From positions 10,508 through 50,507 of the forward strand of contig JANQKP010000009.1 in NCBI GenBank assembly GCA_028281045.1: a DNA stretch of 40,000 nt. The letters are read 5' to 3'. The stretch is from Candidatus Altimarinota bacterium. GTDB taxonomy: Bacteria > Patescibacteriota > Gracilibacteria > UM-FILTER-43-11. Positions within the stretch are counted from its first letter, which is position 1; each line of letters opens with the position of its first letter. Below, in pieces: positions 16,537-25,136 of this stretch. Under the pieces are notes generated by a model. That model was given only the letters and a program-made list of their open reading frames with translations, searched no databases and was not told the DNA's origin. Made by a program: the position numbers and the translations under genes.

Positions 16537-16571
16537 AAAAAAGCAGTAAGAATAACTTACTGCTTTTTTTG
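16537..16571. terminator. bidirectional rho-independent terminator
   Basis: A 9-bp stem agcagtaag/cttactgct (16542-16550 and 16556-16564) with a 5-nt loop, flanked by an A-run upstream and a T7 run downstream. Sits between convergent genes. Confidence 0.85.
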
Positions 16572-16584
16572 ATTTCAAAAGAAA

Positions 16585-17178
16585 TTATTTCTTTTCTACA
16601 GCACGGTATACGTAAGCTGCTACAATTCCTCCTACAATAGGAGCAACCAGGTACATAGCAGATACAGATCCAATACCAATAGCTACAGCAGGATTAATTA
16701 CCCCGTTAGCTACAGTACCAGCTACAAGAGCCCCAAGAAGAAGAGATCCTCCAATGGTTAGCCCAGAAGCATCTGCTGGTGTCTTTTTGTAAGCCACAGC
16801 AGCAATACCCCATACAAGAATAGCTGCACCAAGAGCCTCACCTGCCCCTACAAGAGTAGTGTCAGATACGGTTAGAGCCGGAGAAGAACCTGCAAGGTAT
16901 GCCACACATTCTGCAGCAATAAGAGCCCCAATAACTTGGGCCACAAGATACCAAAGTGTATCTTTTGGACCAATTTTTTTAATACTTGCTAATGACAGAG
17001 TCACAGCAGGATTAACATGAGCTCCTGAGATTGGACCAATGGTGTAAACCAGTAGACCAAGCGTAAGCCCAGCAATAACAGCGGTAGAAAGTCCTAGCCC
17101 TGCAGTGAGAGAAAGACCAACAGCTGCTGTAAGAAGGAATGTACCAATACCTTCCGCTACATATTTTTTAGTATGCAT
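16585..17178 (-). CDS. MIP-family channel (aquaporin/glycerol-facilitator family), short form (197 aa)
   Basis: Two NPA motifs (GAHVNPAVTL and GVINPAVAIG) within six hydrophobic helices. Confidence 0.85.
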   Translation of the reverse strand: MHTKKYVAEGIGTFLLTAAVGLSLTAGLGLSTAVIAGLTLGLLVYTIGPISGAHVNPAVTLSLASIKKIGPKDTLWYLVAQVIGALIAAECVAYLAGSSPALTVSDTTLVGAGEALGAAILVWGIAAVAYKKTPADASGLTIGGSLLLGALVAGTVANGVINPAVAIGIGSVSAMYLVAPIVGGIVAAYVYRAVEKK

Positions 17179-17229
17179 AGATATAAAGTTAGTAATAAAT
17201 AAAATAAATAATTTAAAAACCTGCGGTCA

Positions 17230-17670
17230 TTAAGACATCGCAGGCTCAAATTGCTTGATAACAAGTACAGGCATCATTCCAACGTGGAAAGTAGCCTCCA
17301 GGGCGGTCTCCAGCCGCGCCTGATCTATCATTTCAGGATCATAATAACCATAAACAGTACTGCGTCCGTATAAACGACACTCTAAAGTGTCATCTACAAG
17401 TTCAATTTCAATCTTTCCACCACCTTTAATGGCGTGCTTTACTGCATTGCTTTCAGGATGCTCAATATCACACTCTCCCACTATTCCATTGTGGTAAAAA
17501 ATCTCAGCGTCCCATTCTATTTTAGGAACCACTTTGATGATCAGTTTTCCAGCATCGGTTACCACAAATTTGCCTTTATAAAATTTTACATCATAAAGCT
17601 TGGAGAAATCTGCACCCCAAATCTTAACGTCGGGCAGCTCGCTTAATTTTTGAATATCTGACTCTGACAT
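17230..17670 (-). CDS. hypothetical protein (146 aa)
   Basis: Clean ORF between the MIP gene and tRNA-Val. No family recognised. Confidence 0.55.
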   Translation of the reverse strand: MSESDIQKLSELPDVKIWGADFSKLYDVKFYKGKFVVTDAGKLIIKVVPKIEWDAEIFYHNGIVGECDIEHPESNAVKHAIKGGGKIEIELVDDTLECRLYGRSTVYGYYDPEMIDQARLETALEATFHVGMMPVLVIKQFEPAMS

Positions 17671-17711
17671 GTATTTTTTCGTTTTTCTTATCTTTTACTA
17701 TACACAAAATC

Positions 17712-17735
17712 AAAAAAAGCGCCAAATGCGCTTTC
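17712..17735 (-). terminator. rho-independent terminator downstream of tRNA-Val
   Basis: On the minus strand, stem AAGCGC/GCGCTT with a 5-nt loop, followed by a T7 run. Confidence 0.7.
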
Positions 17736-17748
17736 AATTGAATTTAAA

Positions 17749-17825
17749 TGGTGGGCGGTATAGGATTCGAACCTATGGCCTTCTGGGTGTAAACCAGACG
17801 CTCTAACCAACTGAGCTAACCGCCC
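17749..17825 (-). tRNA. tRNA-Val (anticodon TAC), CCA encoded
   Basis: The reverse complement folds as a cloverleaf. Acceptor GGGCGGT/ACCGCCC, D-arm GCTC..GAGC, anticodon stem TCTGG/CCAGA with loop TTTACAC, T-arm ATAGG-TTCGAAT-CCTAT, then discriminator A plus CCA. Confidence 0.93.
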
Positions 17826-17876
17826 ACGTGCCGAGAAATATTAACAAAAATGAAAAAGGGGCACAATAGGAAATTT

Positions 17877-18470
17877 CTATGATTTTTTTAGAGGGGCAAA
17901 GCTCATTCTATGAATAGGCGTTGCTCCATGTTTTTTAATCGCAGAAAGGTGTAATTCTGTTCCATAACCCATATGCTCATTAAATCCATACTCTGGATAC
18001 TTTTCATGAGCCTTCATCATCAGATGATCTCGCGTTACTTTGGCAATAATAGAGGCAGCAGCAATAGAAATACTCTTAGCATCCCCTTTCACAACGGCCA
18101 TTTGTGGAATATCCATCACGTTAATTGCCGTAGCATCCGTAATAATAAAGTCTGGAGTATCTTCAAGTTTCATTACGGCTTGGCGCATAGCTAGTTTTGA
18201 AGCCGCCAGTATATCCATATCGTCTATTTTCTTTGGGGAAATAGACGATGTTGCGTAGCAAAGGGCTGCATTTTTAATCTCTATAAAAAGCTGCTCACGC
18301 TCTATAGCAGTGAGCTGCTTAGAATCGTTAATCTTAGGATTCTTATAATCTACTGGCAAAACCACAGCGGCTGCTACTACAGGGCCAGCCAAAGGTCCAC
18401 GACCAGCTTCATCTACGCCTGCAATGAGGTCATATCCTTTAGCCCGAAGATTATTTTCTATGTCGTGCAT
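17877..18470 (-). CDS. rnhB: ribonuclease HII
   Basis: GVDEAGRGPLAGPVVAAAV catalytic motif, DSKQLT, and AASIIAKVTRD. Confidence 0.93.
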   Translation of the reverse strand: MHDIENNLRAKGYDLIAGVDEAGRGPLAGPVVAAAVVLPVDYKNPKINDSKQLTAIEREQLFIEIKNAALCYATSSISPKKIDDMDILAASKLAMRQAVMKLEDTPDFIITDATAINVMDIPQMAVVKGDAKSISIAAASIIAKVTRDHLMMKAHEKYPEYGFNEHMGYGTELHLSAIKKHGATPIHRMSFAPLKKS

Positions 18471-20008
18471 TAGCGTTTTTTAATTAGAGCTAGCATTTCT
18501 GGAGTAATGGCTTTGGTCAGGTACATAAATAGGGCATAAATAGCGCCTCCTAGAGGCACTAGAACGGCAAGTTGCCATACAAACCAACTATCGGCCATGG
18601 CTACAAGTCCAGCGTATACTCCAGCCCCCATAGCCACACTTGAGATCGTCACCTTATAAAGCGTTTTTGGAGACAGGTGAAAACCAAGTTCTTTTTGCGT
18701 AGCAATGTAGAGGAAAATAAGAATAAATAACTCTGAAAGCACTGAAGTCGTTGCTGCCCCACGGAATCCCCAAATAGGAATCACCCAAATGTTAGACAGC
18801 AGGTTAAACAGCACCGCTCCAAAGTTAATCCACATGAGCTTAATTTGCTTATTCAGTACTACAAGTGTGAATCCAAACAAGCTATTTACGAAGCTAAAGA
18901 GCATCGCAAACATCAGGAATTGAATTGCTACATCAGAGCCATAAACAAACTGGGCTCCAGAAACGAACTGCGGATCTGAAATGAATTTAATAATAGGCAC
19001 GGCCATAATAAAACCACCCACAAGTAGTGGTACACCGGTAGCAATCAGGAAGTCGAAAGAATACTGCATGAGCTGCTTAATTCTTTTGCTTTGCTCTTCA
19101 ATAAATCTAGTCATGACAGGGAGCACTGAATTCATGAAGTACACCGGAATAATAATGAGAAGTTCTAGCATGCGCATAGCTACCCCATAAAGCCCTACTT
19201 CGGTGTCGGCACAGATCATATCACCCACACAATCGGCAGCCCCATTGGCTAAAGTTTGGCTGTGCGGAAGCAGGAATCCCATAAGGAGCACATCCAGCCT
19301 AAAGTAAATCTGATTCAGTACCAGCGCCACTCCAAAAGGAAGCGCGGTAACAAACATTTTTCTCCAGAATGGAAAATCAAAACGGTATGAGATTGGCGTA
19401 TATCTTCTAACGTAGTAGCCGGTAATAATCAGCATCACTAAGTTGCCAATAACACCTGCCCATAGTAGGTGGTAGAACCCATTCACCAGGTCCCCAGTAA
19501 AGGCGATGTAAGCCACATAACCCATATAGGCCACGCTCACCACTTTTCCAATCACTAGCGCAATCGTAGCGTAGTGCATTTTTAAATGCGTCTGCAGCAC
19601 AGAAGTAATGGTTCCATTAAGTAGGGTGATAATCGTAGATACGGCAGCAATGGCCGCCCCTATAGGAATCAGCGTATCTTGATAAGCCGGAAGCAAGAAT
19701 GCGGTCGCTACCGCAAGCCCCATAGCAATGATCAAAAGAAACGATCTTAGCCCTAAAATATTACCCAGAATATAGGGCATTTTAGACTCATCTCGGCTCA
19801 TCTCCTTCACGGTAATCGTGTAGATACCAAAATCAGCAATAATTCCAAAAAACGCTAGAAATTGATATATCGTGGTGTAATCCCCATATCCTGAGGTGCC
19901 TAGATAACCTGTAATGATCTTAAGAACCACGATCGACAGGAACGCGGTGATGAGCTTACCAAGTACCTGAACGAAGGTATTTTCAAGGATTTTGCGTGCG
20001 ATAGACAT
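18470..20008 (-). CDS. MOP-superfamily flippase (Wzx/MurJ-like polysaccharide or lipid-linked oligosaccharide exporter)
   Basis: About 14 predicted TM helices. The N-terminal ARKILENTFVQVLGKLITAFLSIVVLKIITGYLGTSGYGDY resembles the polysaccharide biosynthesis protein family. Start placed at the ATG at 20008 (MSIARK). The stop overlaps the rnhB start. Confidence 0.7.
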   Translation of the reverse strand: MSIARKILENTFVQVLGKLITAFLSIVVLKIITGYLGTSGYGDYTTIYQFLAFFGIIADFGIYTITVKEMSRDESKMPYILGNILGLRSFLLIIAMGLAVATAFLLPAYQDTLIPIGAAIAAVSTIITLLNGTITSVLQTHLKMHYATIALVIGKVVSVAYMGYVAYIAFTGDLVNGFYHLLWAGVIGNLVMLIITGYYVRRYTPISYRFDFPFWRKMFVTALPFGVALVLNQIYFRLDVLLMGFLLPHSQTLANGAADCVGDMICADTEVGLYGVAMRMLELLIIIPVYFMNSVLPVMTRFIEEQSKRIKQLMQYSFDFLIATGVPLLVGGFIMAVPIIKFISDPQFVSGAQFVYGSDVAIQFLMFAMLFSFVNSLFGFTLVVLNKQIKLMWINFGAVLFNLLSNIWVIPIWGFRGAATTSVLSELFILIFLYIATQKELGFHLSPKTLYKVTISSVAMGAGVYAGLVAMADSWFVWQLAVLVPLGGAIYALFMYLTKAITPEMLALIKKR

Positions 20009-20102
20009 GCAATTTCGGGGTTTATTTATCGAAGAGATTATAGAGGAAAAAAGCCCAAGGAGAAAGCAGCAATACTTGCCAAAAAAGAGCATTGTTTTAT
20101 AG

Positions 20103-20131
20103 TTGACAAATATACATATATATTGTAAAAT
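20103..20131 (+). promoter_or_regulatory. promoter: TTGACA, 17 nt, TAAAAT
   Basis: -35 at 20103-20108 and -10 at 20126-20131, upstream of the ATG at 20191. Confidence 0.65.
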
Positions 20132-20190
20132 ATCTCTCTAAATCATTGAAACAAAAAATAAAAAGAAAAGTTATTCATTAAGTATCGCAA

Positions 20191-20994
20191 ATGCGTCTTA
20201 AAATCTTTTCTCTTTTTGTGGCCACACAACTTATATCCCTTGGGATATTTAATGCCCTGCATGCAGGAGCATACGAGGCTGCCCCAATTGAAAACACGGC
20301 AGTACATGCCGCTTCTGATGAAGTAGCGAGCCATGTGCGTTTTGCTGCACAAGATGTGAATAATGAATATCATACGATTTCATATGCCGATGAAGACTTT
20401 GCTAAACAAGTGATGGCCAATCTTCCACAAAGACATTACGGAACCCTTAAAAATCTAATCATTGATAATGATCCCAAAGCCCGCCGTGGGCTTGGAGGAA
20501 GATCTATGATCATTCTTCGTGGAGTGAATATGGGTAAAGCCGAAACGGCTGCTGTACTTGTACATGAAATTGGACATGTTACAGACCTTGGATACTTAAG
20601 TGGAACCAAAGCCTCTGGAGTATCCGAATTTAACGACGGAAAATTTAATATCTACAATGATGATCTTTCTCTTCGTTTCTACAGAATAAGTTGGGAAACC
20701 GAAAAGAAATTAAAGAAAACTTCTAGCAATCTAGACTTTGTTTCTGGATATGCTATGTCAGATCCTTTTGAAGATTTTGCTGAAACCTACGCTTTTTACA
20801 TTCTGCATAATGCCAAGTTCAGACAGCTTGCTTCTACCAATGACGCGCTAGCAACGAAGTATCATTTCATGAAAAATTTCGTCTTTAATGGAGAAGTTTT
20901 CGATGATCATTCTGTAGCCAAAGTAAATGAAAATCGTAGACCTTGGGACATCACCGTTCTAGGTTATAATTTTGATGAATTTATTAAACTATAA
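20191..20994 (+). CDS. secreted putative zinc metallopeptidase (HExxH)
   Basis: N-terminal signal peptide (MRLKIFSLFVATQLISLGIFNALHA). HEIGH motif in VLVHEIGHVTD and a downstream DPFEDFAETYAFY segment that could supply the third ligand, as in gluzincin/MtfA-like proteins. Family assignment is tentative. Confidence 0.6.
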   Translation: MRLKIFSLFVATQLISLGIFNALHAGAYEAAPIENTAVHAASDEVASHVRFAAQDVNNEYHTISYADEDFAKQVMANLPQRHYGTLKNLIIDNDPKARRGLGGRSMIILRGVNMGKAETAAVLVHEIGHVTDLGYLSGTKASGVSEFNDGKFNIYNDDLSLRFYRISWETEKKLKKTSSNLDFVSGYAMSDPFEDFAETYAFYILHNAKFRQLASTNDALATKYHFMKNFVFNGEVFDDHSVAKVNENRRPWDITVLGYNFDEFIKL

Positions 20995-21437
20995 TGGCAG
21001 AGGTAGTAAGATTAGAAGAACATCGGGAAGAAAATGATGAAACCACTAGAAAGGAAAGGCTTATAAATAAACTTAGAAGTCTTGCTAGCTCTATACTTAA
21101 GGTGCCTAGATTCAGAAACATAGAGATTAGGCGCTTTCATGAACTACAAAGAGAATATGCAGAGTTTTCTTTGGCAATAGATAAATATAATGAAAATCGG
21201 GAATTCTTCAGAAGGAAAATAAATCCCGCTATGGTAGATTTAGATATGAATATAGAGGAGTCATTTAGCACTTATGAGCTAGAGAAACTAGGGGCCAATC
21301 TATGCTTTATTCTTGGAGAAATAACCATGAGTGAAGAAAGCTTTGGAGCTGGAGAAAAATGCAGAAAAGCAGCCGATACCTTCGAAAGAGCCGCTAAAAG
21401 ATGGCAATTACTTAGGCAGGCTGGCATTATTTCTTAG
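20994..21437 (+). CDS. hypothetical helical protein (147 aa)
   Basis: Its ATG overlaps the upstream TAA (TAATG), indicating translational coupling. No signal peptide and no family recognised. Confidence 0.55.
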   Translation: MAEVVRLEEHREENDETTRKERLINKLRSLASSILKVPRFRNIEIRRFHELQREYAEFSLAIDKYNENREFFRRKINPAMVDLDMNIEESFSTYELEKLGANLCFILGEITMSEESFGAGEKCRKAADTFERAAKRWQLLRQAGIIS

Positions 21438-21446
21438 GCTTAAATC

Positions 21447-21719
21447 CTAATATCTAATAGAGAAATCCTCAAACTCTCCGGTGTAGCCTAGTTTTTCTAC
21501 CTGCACTTTTTCAACGTGAGCTGTACTTGGGCCACTATGGCACCAATCTATAAAATCGTTTACTAGATTCTCTTCTCCTTCCACTACAGCACTTACGGTT
21601 CCATCGGCTTCGTTGGCTATAAAACCGGTCACCCGAATCTCTTCTGCCTTTGCTCTAGCAGAATCCCTAAAGAAAACTCCTTGCACTTGCCCGTGAATAA
21701 TAAGACGCGCTCTAATCAT
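21447..21719 (-). CDS. acyP: acylphosphatase
   Basis: 90 aa with the IHGQVQGVFFRDSA motif (V-x-G-x-V-Q-G-V-x-F-R) and the typical size. Confidence 0.88.
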   Translation of the reverse strand: MIRARLIIHGQVQGVFFRDSARAKAEEIRVTGFIANEADGTVSAVVEGEENLVNDFIDWCHSGPSTAHVEKVQVEKLGYTGEFEDFSIRY

Positions 21720-22323
21720 CAGAAATAAGTTTAAACAGATAAGGGAAAGTGAAATAAATGAGGTACATCACTACTGAGTAAGCTAGCACTGCTCTAAACA
21801 CAACAGGGTCATTGAAGTATCCAAAGCCGGTTCTTAGAATCAGCAGCGGGTCTTGTACAATTTCCCAGCTATTAAAGCGTTCTACTAGACCAAGAACAAG
21901 TCCAATAGAGGTGATTGGAATCATGAAGATAGGGAAAATAGTTTCTAAGCTGTAATCAAAAAGAACACCAAGCGTTTGGCTCATTCTTTTTAGCGCATAA
22001 ATAAAGGTAGGAATCCCAATAGCAGCATAGAAAAAGAAAAATGGTGGAATAGAAGCGGCCTCTCTACAAATACGAATCGTAGATTCTGGTTCGCAGTAAT
22101 CTACCAGATGTCTTACTAAGCTAAATAGATATGCTGTGTTGGGGAAAAAGAAAAACCACACAATAAAAGAGAGTCCAAAGACTAAATAATTAAGCGGGGT
22201 ATGATAAACACTCTTTTTTACAAAGTAATGGTGCAGCACAAAAGCAATGACACAAGGAATAAGCGCTAGGAAAATATTCCAAGGCACAAACCAAAGCCAA
22301 TATCCGTTTATCATAAAATTCAT
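21712..22323 (-). CDS. integral membrane protein, possibly DUF1361-like
   Basis: About 6 TM helices. The N-terminal WNIFLALIPCVIAF resembles the DUF1361 signature as I recall it. Overlaps acyP by 8 nt and the glmS stop by 1 nt. Confidence 0.5.
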   Translation of the reverse strand: MNFMINGYWLWFVPWNIFLALIPCVIAFVLHHYFVKKSVYHTPLNYLVFGLSFIVWFFFFPNTAYLFSLVRHLVDYCEPESTIRICREAASIPPFFFFYAAIGIPTFIYALKRMSQTLGVLFDYSLETIFPIFMIPITSIGLVLGLVERFNSWEIVQDPLLILRTGFGYFNDPVVFRAVLAYSVVMYLIYFTFPYLFKLISDD

Positions 22324-24086
22324 TATTTAACCGTTACAGATTTGGCTAAGTTACGTGGCATATCTGGATCGAGTCCTTTCAGGGTAGAAAGGTAATACGC
22401 CAGAAGCTGAATTGGGATAATATTCACAAGTGGTGAAGCCACTCCTACATCTGGCACTTTAATCCATTCATCAAAGACGTCGTTGTTTTCTGGAGCAATA
22501 CCAATGATGTAAGCTCCACGAGATTTAAGTTCAATGGTGTTATTAATCACATCCGCTTTCACCTCATCGTTCGCAATAATCGAAAGACATGGAGTTCCTT
22601 CAGTAATTAAAGCAATTGGCCCATGCTTGAGCTCCCCTGCTGGGAACCCTTGGGCATGAATGTAGGACACTTCTTGAATTTTAATCGCCGCTTCGAGTGC
22701 CATTGGATAGTTCTCTGCTTTTCCAATGATATAAAGATCATTAGCCTCTTTAACTTTTTCGGCTACTTCTTTGATATAAGTCAGGAAACGAGGATTGAGC
22801 ATGTCATTGATCTGTGATCCTACTTCAGAAAGATGTCTACGCCCTTCCTGAAGCTGTCCTTTGATGGCGTAAGCCAGAAGAAGAAGTAAGGCAAGCTGTG
22901 AAGTCGTGGCTTTTGTAGAAGCCACGGCTTTTTCTGGCCCCGCATTAATGAGCAGAGAGTAATCTGACTCACGTGAAATGGTAGAACCCTCTACATTCAC
23001 GAGTGAAAGCACTTTAGAGCCTTTGCTTTTAGCCACTTCCATGGCTTCAAGTACATCTGCCGTTTCTCCACTTTGAGAAACCGTTACAAGTAGGCTCTCT
23101 GGCCTTAAGAAGTGATGATAAATCGGGAACTCAGACGCGGGCTGAAAGTTCACATGACGATCTGCGATCGCGGCGAAGAAATACTCTCCCGTCATACACA
23201 CTTTTCCGGCCGTTCCGCAGCCGGAAAAGAATGTACCACGAGCATTTTTAATCGCTTCTACCACGGTATTGATCTGATCTTCATCTTGATTCAGTGCTCT
23301 TAGAATCGTTTCTTTCTGCTCCATGATTTCCTTGAGCATATAGTGATCGTAATCTCCTTTTTCTGCGCTTTCTGCCTGCCAATCAATATTCACCAGGCGT
23401 TTTTCAATTTTTTCTCCAGTTTCTAGGCTAAAGAATTCAATGCCACCATCAACCACCACAAGCTCATTGTCATCTAGATAGTTTACGTCTTGGGTATATT
23501 CTAGGAACGCTGGAATGTCTGAAGCTAAGAAGTATTCATCTTCTCCTACTCCTACAATAAGTGGACTTCCACGACGCGCTGCAATAAGAAATTCTTCTCC
23601 TTTATTCATCACCACAATGGCATAACGTCCTTCAAGGCGCTCAATGGTTTTAAGCACTGCTTCTTTAAAGTCCATTTCTTTGCGATATTTCCCAATGAGC
23701 TGAGCAATCACCTCGGTGTCTGTTTCAGATTTAAAGATGCCATGCCCTAGTTCATCGCGAATTTCTTGGAAATTCTCAATGATCCCATTGTGAACAATGG
23801 CAATTTCTCCATCTCCATCTAAATGCGGATGCGCGTTCTCTTCGGTTACCCCACCATGGGTCGCCCAACGGGTGTGCCCAATGGCCATGTGAGATTTTTT
23901 ATCTGCAAAAGCACCCTCTTTTACTTCAGAAATCTTTCCAGTACTTTTTTCCACAAAGATATTATCATCAATTTCAGAAGCCACTCCCCAAGAGTCGTAA
24001 CCACGGTATTCCAGCTTTTGAAGGCCTTTTACCACAAGATCTAGTGATGTATCACGCTTACCTTTGTAAGCAAAAATTCCACACAT
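22323..24086 (-). CDS. glmS: glutamine--fructose-6-phosphate aminotransferase (isomerising)
   Basis: N-terminal MCGIFAY nucleophile, HTRWATHG, two SIS domains, and a C-terminal AKSVTVK. Confidence 0.96.
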   Translation of the reverse strand: MCGIFAYKGKRDTSLDLVVKGLQKLEYRGYDSWGVASEIDDNIFVEKSTGKISEVKEGAFADKKSHMAIGHTRWATHGGVTEENAHPHLDGDGEIAIVHNGIIENFQEIRDELGHGIFKSETDTEVIAQLIGKYRKEMDFKEAVLKTIERLEGRYAIVVMNKGEEFLIAARRGSPLIVGVGEDEYFLASDIPAFLEYTQDVNYLDDNELVVVDGGIEFFSLETGEKIEKRLVNIDWQAESAEKGDYDHYMLKEIMEQKETILRALNQDEDQINTVVEAIKNARGTFFSGCGTAGKVCMTGEYFFAAIADRHVNFQPASEFPIYHHFLRPESLLVTVSQSGETADVLEAMEVAKSKGSKVLSLVNVEGSTISRESDYSLLINAGPEKAVASTKATTSQLALLLLLAYAIKGQLQEGRRHLSEVGSQINDMLNPRFLTYIKEVAEKVKEANDLYIIGKAENYPMALEAAIKIQEVSYIHAQGFPAGELKHGPIALITEGTPCLSIIANDEVKADVINNTIELKSRGAYIIGIAPENNDVFDEWIKVPDVGVASPLVNIIPIQLLAYYLSTLKGLDPDMPRNLAKSVTVK

Positions 24087-25072
24087 TATCGATTGTCGGT
24101 TATTTCTATTTCAGGAGCATTCTCAGAAAGCTCGTTCATAAAGTATTCTTTGTACCACTCCACTGTATCACGGAAACCTTCTTCGAACTTAATCTGAGGT
24201 TCCCATCCAAGTTCACTGCGGATTTTCTCAGAATCTATCGCGTAGCGAATATCATGACCGGGTCTGTCTTTTATAAATTCAATACGGTCTTCTGGTAGAC
24301 CAATAATTTCTAGAAGTAGTTTGGTGGTTTCTAAATTCGTTTTCTCGTTATGGTCACCAATATTGTAGATTTCTCCTGGCTTACCTTTGTGCAGCACTAA
24401 ATCTATAGCGCGACAGTGGTCTTCTACATGAAGCCAGTCTCTTACGTTAGATCCATCTCCATAAACCGTAGCATTTTCACCATTCATTAATCTTTTAATG
24501 AAGAATGGAATGATTTTTTCTGGATACTGGCGTGAACCATAGTTATTAGAGCACCGTGAAATCATCACAGGCATGTCATAGGTTCTAAAATAAGCCAGTG
24601 CCAGCATATCTCCAGCAGCTTTAGACGCTGAATACGGATTACTTGGCTTAAGTGGGCTCTCTTCTGTGAAAAAACCTTCTGCAATATCTCCATAGACTTC
24701 GTCTGTAGAAATTTGCAGAAAGCGTTTTACGTTATTTTTCTTCGCTACATCAAGCATCACCTGAGTTCCAATGACATTGGAATGAATAAAAGGCGATGAA
24801 GACTCAATAGAACGGTCTACATGAGTTTCTGCTGCGGCGTTAATCACATAATCTACCCCTTCCATTAAAGATTCTACGGTCAGTGGATCTGCAATGTCCC
24901 CTTTTACAAACTTGTAATTCGGATTATCTTCGATATCAGAAAGATTATCCAGGCGTCCTGCATAGGTAAGGTTATCTAGATTAATAATTTCATAATCTGG
25001 ATAGGTTTTTAGCATGTATCGAACGAGGTGACTGCCGATGAATCCGGCCCCTCCTGTAATGAGTACTTTCAT
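24086..25072 (-). CDS. rfbB: dTDP-glucose 4,6-dehydratase
   Basis: GGAGFIGSH Rossmann motif, LDNLTYAG, HVDRSI, STDEVYG, YSASKAAGD, NNYGSRQYPEKIIP and VRDWLHVEDH. Confidence 0.9.
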   Translation of the reverse strand: MKVLITGGAGFIGSHLVRYMLKTYPDYEIINLDNLTYAGRLDNLSDIEDNPNYKFVKGDIADPLTVESLMEGVDYVINAAAETHVDRSIESSSPFIHSNVIGTQVMLDVAKKNNVKRFLQISTDEVYGDIAEGFFTEESPLKPSNPYSASKAAGDMLALAYFRTYDMPVMISRCSNNYGSRQYPEKIIPFFIKRLMNGENATVYGDGSNVRDWLHVEDHCRAIDLVLHKGKPGEIYNIGDHNEKTNLETTKLLLEIIGLPEDRIEFIKDRPGHDIRYAIDSEKIRSELGWEPQIKFEEGFRDTVEWYKEYFMNELSENAPEIEITDNR

Positions 25073-25136
25073 AGTAGAAAATTAACGAAAATAGTCTACC
25101 ACAAATACAGCTAAAAAGCAGGAAATAAAATGAGGC

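Noticed and set aside
20143-20373. 76-aa minus-strand ORF across the 20103-20131 promoter and the start of the metallopeptidase gene
   Set aside because: It overlaps a well-formed promoter and a signal-peptide-encoding CDS on the other strand. Its composition is implausible for a real protein.
24087-24298. Looked for a glmS ribozyme upstream of glmS and a T-box leader upstream of tyrS (3322-3364)
   Set aside because: The glmS start overlaps the rfbB stop, and tyrS follows nadK within about 45 nt. There is no room for either RNA element.
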